From Patescibacteria group bacterium (GTDB taxonomy: Bacteria > Patescibacteriota > Minisyncoccia > UBA6257): a stretch of DNA of 37,805 bases. Shown here piece after piece: positions 33,889-37,805 of the stretch. Position numbers and translations under genes: made by a program. The notes beneath the pieces are model-generated. The model saw nothing but the letters and a program-made list of their open reading frames with translations, ran no database searches and had not been told where the DNA came from. The stretch covers positions 1 to 37,805 of the forward strand of contig JAUPUN010000004.1 of the NCBI GenBank assembly GCA_030917555.1. Direction: 5' to 3'. Position 1 is the first letter of the stretch, and each line of letters starts with the position of its first letter.

Positions 33889-36801
33889 AAGATGCTTATG
33901 GATGATCTAACTCAAAAAAGAGAGGAAAAAATCAAAAAGCTCTGGCAAGAATCTAAAGAAAGAATGGCTGAAGATTTAGCAGCTAAACATAATCTGCTTT
34001 ATGCTGATTTAAAAAAAATAAATATTTCTCCGAGCGCTTTGGAGATCTTACCAGAAGAAAAAGCTAAAGAAGCAAACGTAGTAGTCTTTGAAAAAATTGG
34101 TTCTAATCTCAAAATTGGCCTTACCAATCCTGAAAACCCTAAATCTCTCCGAGTAGTTGAAGAATTAAGAGCCCAGAATTATAAACCAGTAATTTATGTT
34201 ATTACTGAAGAAAGTTTAAATTGGGCCTGGACTTTTTATCGCTTCATTAAACCAAGACTTGAAAAAATTACTAATTCTTTGGATGTTTCTCAAACTAAAA
34301 CAGTTGAATTTTCTGCTTTAAACCAAGAATTATTAAATTATCCTGCTGAAGAAGTAACTACTTTAGTATCTCTTATCTTAAAATCAGCCATTAATATTGA
34401 CGCTTCTGATCTCCATTTGGAGCCACAAGACCAAGGGGCTTTAATTCGTTTTCGGGTTGATGGCGTTCTTTATGAAGTAGCTGAAATTGACACTAAAAAA
34501 TACCAAACAATTTCTTCCCGCTTAAAACTTATTTCTGGTTTAAAACTAAATATCACTAATAGCCCACAGAATGGTCGCTTTTCTATCAAAAATGAGGACA
34601 CTATTTTTGATGTTAGGGCTTCTAGTTTACCTAGTCCCAAAGGAGAATTTCTTGTCTTTCGACTTCTCAATCCCAAGCGCATGGCTTTTAGTTTAAGTGA
34701 CTTAGGTTTTAAAGACAGAGATTTGCAACTAATTAATAACACTCTTTCTAGTCCTAACGGCCTCATCTTAGTAACTGGGCCTACTGGTTCTGGTAAAACT
34801 ACTACTCTCTATGCCCTCTTAAAAGCTAAGGTTTCAGTAGGCATTAAAATCATCACTATTGAGGACCCAATTGAATATCGCTTGCCAGGCATTAATCAAA
34901 CCCAAGTTTCTAAAGATTACACCTTTGAAACAGGCTTAAAATCAATTTTACGGCAAGATCCAGATGTGATTATGATTGGTGAAATGCGAGACCCTAATAC
35001 TGTGAGTACTGCTTTGCAAGCCAGTCTCACTGGTCATTTAGTCTTCTCTACTTTGCACACTAACGAAGCCAGTGGTACCATTGATAGGCTTTTAGAACTA
35101 GGGGCAGACAGAAATATTTTGCCTAGCGCTTTAAGGCTCATTATTGCTCAACGTTTAGTCAGAAGACTCTGTCCTGATTGTAAAGAAGCTTACGAACCCT
35201 CACCAGAGCTTCAAGAAAAAATTCAAGAAGCATTTGCCATTCTTTCTCCCAAAAGCAAAGTAAAAATTCCTCAAACAATTCCTACTCTCTATCGAGCCAA
35301 AGGTTGCGAAAAATGCCATTTTCTGGGCTATCAATCACAAATCGGTCTTTTTGAAACTTTACCCATTACTCCCAGAATTACTAAAGAAATTTTAGCTCAA
35401 GCTAGTAATGACAACCTCAGAAAAACTGCCATCGATGAAGGAATGATTCCTTTATTTCATGACGGACTCTTAAAAGTGTTGGAGGGTATTACTTCCTTAG
35501 AAGAAGTTACTAGAGTAGCTGGAGATATCGAATATGTAGAAAAAAATTATCAGGAATTATTTTCTCAAACTCTTTTAAGAGGAATCAAACTTACTGCCGC
35601 AGATGAGAAGGAAATTGAAAAAATTTTAAAAACTAATCAAAACTGGTCAGAATATCTCAAAGATAAACCTACTTCCCAACAAATCGCCTATCTCATAGGC
35701 GGAGCTTTAAAAGCACGAGCTACTGATTTACATTTTGAACCAGAGGAAAATCAAATCAAAATCAGACAAAGAATTGATGGCGTCCTTTCAGAAATGGCAA
35801 GTTTTGATTTAGCTGAAGCGCCAAGGCTTCTTAATGAAATTAAAAATTTAAGTGGTTTGAACACTGAAGAGACACAAAAAATTCAAGAAGGAAGATTTCG
35901 AGTTAGTTTTCCTAACAGAAATTACGATATTAGGCTTTCCATTCTTCCGAGTGGCTATGGCGAAAGCGCAGCTTTAAGGCTTTTGGGTAATGAAACTCAA
36001 ATTTTAGATTTAGAAAATTTAGGCCTGTTACCTTCTAGTCAAGCTAAAATTGAAAAGCTTCTGCAAAATAAAATGGGCTTAATTTTAGTAACCGGACCAA
36101 CTTCTGCTGGTAAAACTACTACCCTTTTTGCTTTACTTAAGGAATTAAATCAGCCCGATGTCAAAATTATTACAGTAGAAGACCCAATTGAATATCGCTT
36201 GCCTGGCGTAAATCAAACCCAGATTAACGAAGAAAAAGGTTATACTTTTAGCAGCGCCATTAAAACTCTCTTGAGACAAAATCCTAATATCTTATTAATT
36301 GGAGAAATCAGAGATAAAGAAACAGCAAAAATAGTCTGGCAAGCCTCATTAACCGGACACTTAGTACTCTCTACTGTTCATGCTAATGATACTCAAGAAA
36401 TTATTCCTCGTCTTAAAAGTTTAGGCATTGAGCCTATTGATTTGATGAAAGCTTTGGAAGGGGTAATTAGCCAAAGATTAGTCAGAAAATTATGTCCTGC
36501 TTGTAAAATTGCAGCACCGGTTCCCCAAGAATACTCTTCTCTTTTTGAAAAAGCTCTTCAAAAATATCCGGAATACCAAAAACAATTCCAACCTCCTTAT
36601 CAAATGTTTCTGCCTCAAAAATGTGAACAGTGTAATTTTACTGGTTATCAAGGCCAAACTGGAATTTTTGAAATTGCTACTCAAAAAGAATTAGAAAACT
36701 TAAAGCAAATTTCTTATCCTACTTTATTAGATGATGCTTTAATTAAAGTTCTTTTAGGCGTCACTTCTTGGGAGGAAGTAAAAAGAGTTTTAGACGTTTA
36801 A
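33886..36801 (+). CDS. Tandem-fused double PilB/GspE-type (type II/IV secretion, type IV pilus assembly) ATPase
   Basis: 971 aa. Module 1 has an N-terminal GSPII_E_N-like domain, DLHLEP..RFRVDG, GPTGSGKTTT (aa 298), IITIEDPIEYRLPGINQTQV, DPDVIMIGEMRD, TGHLVFSTLHTN and CPDC...CEKC. Module 2 has DLHFEP..RQRIDG, GPTSAGKTTT (aa 737), IITVEDPIEYRLPGVNQTQI, NPNILLIGEIRD, TGHLVLSTVHAN and CPAC...CEQC. The true start may be 33892 or 33898. Confidence 0.88.
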   Translation: MKMLMDDLTQKREEKIKKLWQESKERMAEDLAAKHNLLYADLKKINISPSALEILPEEKAKEANVVVFEKIGSNLKIGLTNPENPKSLRVVEELRAQNYKPVIYVITEESLNWAWTFYRFIKPRLEKITNSLDVSQTKTVEFSALNQELLNYPAEEVTTLVSLILKSAINIDASDLHLEPQDQGALIRFRVDGVLYEVAEIDTKKYQTISSRLKLISGLKLNITNSPQNGRFSIKNEDTIFDVRASSLPSPKGEFLVFRLLNPKRMAFSLSDLGFKDRDLQLINNTLSSPNGLILVTGPTGSGKTTTLYALLKAKVSVGIKIITIEDPIEYRLPGINQTQVSKDYTFETGLKSILRQDPDVIMIGEMRDPNTVSTALQASLTGHLVFSTLHTNEASGTIDRLLELGADRNILPSALRLIIAQRLVRRLCPDCKEAYEPSPELQEKIQEAFAILSPKSKVKIPQTIPTLYRAKGCEKCHFLGYQSQIGLFETLPITPRITKEILAQASNDNLRKTAIDEGMIPLFHDGLLKVLEGITSLEEVTRVAGDIEYVEKNYQELFSQTLLRGIKLTAADEKEIEKILKTNQNWSEYLKDKPTSQQIAYLIGGALKARATDLHFEPEENQIKIRQRIDGVLSEMASFDLAEAPRLLNEIKNLSGLNTEETQKIQEGRFRVSFPNRNYDIRLSILPSGYGESAALRLLGNETQILDLENLGLLPSSQAKIEKLLQNKMGLILVTGPTSAGKTTTLFALLKELNQPDVKIITVEDPIEYRLPGVNQTQINEEKGYTFSSAIKTLLRQNPNILLIGEIRDKETAKIVWQASLTGHLVLSTVHANDTQEIIPRLKSLGIEPIDLMKALEGVISQRLVRKLCPACKIAAPVPQEYSSLFEKALQKYPEYQKQFQPPYQMFLPQKCEQCNFTGYQGQTGIFEIATQKELENLKQISYPTLLDDALIKVLLGVTSWEEVKRVLDV

Positions 36802-37080
36802 CAATCGCTCACCCCTTTCTCTTTCGCTCAAGCTATTTCGCCAAAGACAACAATCGTTCAGAGATATTTGCCTTTCGAAAACGTCCAAAATCCCCAGCGA
36901 TGATTTTGGACTCGCGCAAGCTCCTCGCTCCCCCTCACTTGGAAAGCACTGGGCTTCGCCCCTCATTAGAAACAGATCAATTTTATTGTTTTTTGGTAAT
37001 AGCCAATCTTTTTCAAGTGAGGGGCTTCGCCCTTAAAGATGAAATCTTGTGCTTTCCAAGTGAGGGGTGAGCGATTGTTA
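36799..37080. repeat. 282-bp G+C-rich nested inverted-repeat element (MITE-like or structured RNA) spanning the convergent spacer from stop codon to stop codon
   Basis: 17-bp perfect terminal inverted repeats: taacaatcgctcacccc (36799-36815) and ggggtgagcgattgtta (37064-37080). 19-bp inner inverted repeat: 36931-36949 with 37049-37067. Third pair: 36951-36965 with 37018-37032. 10-bp hairpin at 36883-36911. Confidence 0.6.
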
Positions 37081-37805
37081 TGTCGGTTCTTCAAAACTTA
37101 AATAATTTTTGGCTTTTTCTGGTTCTTGCATAATGGCTAAAGTCACCTGTTCTAAATGAATGCCGCGGGAACCTTTGACTAAAATTAAATCCCCTTCCCT
37201 AATAATTTCTTTAGCTTTTTTAGCAGCATCTTTACTGTTATTAAACCAATAAATATTTTCTTGTGAAAAACCTAATTTTAAACATTCCTCTAAAGTAATT
37301 TTCATTTGTTCGCCAACTAAAATTACAATCTCAGCTTGTTTAATAATTTGACTTGCTATTTGGCGGTGAGCCTCTTCGCTATATTGACCAAGCTCCCTCA
37401 TATCTCCTAAAACTAAAATTCTCCTTTTGACAGTATAAAGATTTTCCTTTCTTAAAGCGGTAGTTACTTCCTCAAAAATCCGTAAAGCCATTTTCAAGGC
37501 AGTAGGATTGGAATTATAGCTATCTTCCAAAATCCAGGTATTATTTTTACCCCTCAAAAAAGTGGTTCTCGCTTTTAAAATTTTGTATTCTTCTAAACTT
37601 TGAGCAATTTGAATCAAATTTAAACCCAAAGTTAAACCAACTGCTGTTCCAGCAGATAAAGCATAAGCTTGAGCTTCACCAAAAACTCCCTTAAATTTTA
37701 AGGGGACATAACTACCTTGATATTCTAAGCGAAAACTCATACCTGTTTCTCGTAAATCTTGAGAAACTACCAAAGAATAATCAGAAATTTTGACCTCAGC
37801 TTTCT
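37078..37805 (-). CDS. murF: UDP-N-acetylmuramoyl-tripeptide--D-alanyl-D-alanine ligase, C-terminal part. The gene continues past the right edge.
   Basis: Mur ligase central and C-terminal domains: LEDSYNSNPTALKMAL, LVLGDMRELG and LVKGSRGIHLE. The reading frame stays open upstream of the Met at 37773 as far as the window edge. Confidence 0.85.
   Translation of the reverse strand, partial: KAEVKISDYSLVVSQDLRETGMSFRLEYQGSYVPLKFKGVFGEAQAYALSAGTAVGLTLGLNLIQIAQSLEEYKILKARTTFLRGKNNTWILEDSYNSNPTALKMALRIFEEVTTALRKENLYTVKRRILVLGDMRELGQYSEEAHRQIASQIIKQAEIVILVGEQMKITLEECLKLGFSQENIYWFNNSKDAAKKAKEIIREGDLILVKGSRGIHLEQVTLAIMQEPEKAKNYLSFEEPT

Noticed and set aside
36768-37070. 100-aa plus-strand ORF covering the pilB-murF spacer
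   Set aside because: It overlaps the end of the PilB-like gene in another frame and lies entirely within the palindromic element. Its translation is low-complexity with no recognisable motif. The open frame is more likely a by-product of the G+C-rich repeat.
1-37805. Alternative genetic code (UGA recoded), as in some candidate-phyla bacteria
   Set aside because: All conserved proteins read through at full length under the standard code with no in-frame TGA. trmD ends at a TGA at the expected protein length.

Overview
AT-rich (about one-third G+C by eye), tightly packed bacterial chromosome segment read with the standard genetic code. I count 32 protein genes, 28 of them on the minus strand, plus one tmRNA and one tRNA. 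Content is almost entirely housekeeping: uppS, rpoC, rpoB, trmD, a KH protein, smc, rnc, nusB, rpmF, type-2 ileS, smpB-ssrA, infC-rpmI-rplT, rpsT, holA, fpg, polA, tsaE and murF. The archease-RtcB pair, an Endonuclease Q-like gene and several miniaturised proteins suggest a small-genome, CPR/Patescibacteria-like organism (inference only). I found no transposase, integrase, CRISPR array, rRNA or recognisable defence genes. Six things stand out. (1) A single 971-aa ORF holds two complete PilB/GspE secretion-ATPase modules fused in tandem. (2) A 282-bp G+C-rich nested inverted-repeat element fills the convergent pilB-murF spacer exactly from stop codon to stop codon. (3) A family of 7-bp-periodic tandem repeats lies in several spacers, including two dispersed copies sharing an exact 16-mer, and runs into the ends of trmD and smpB and into the body of ileS. 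(4) The SMC is hinge-less and short (about 716 aa). (5) A membrane-anchored Clp/Hsp100-like ATPase with a degenerate first ATPase site sits in a tight operon with the EndoQ-like gene and two membrane proteins. (6) A 72-aa protein matches only the N-terminal piece of TsaB. All calls come from reading the sequence and the ORF track by hand. No searches or folding programs were run.
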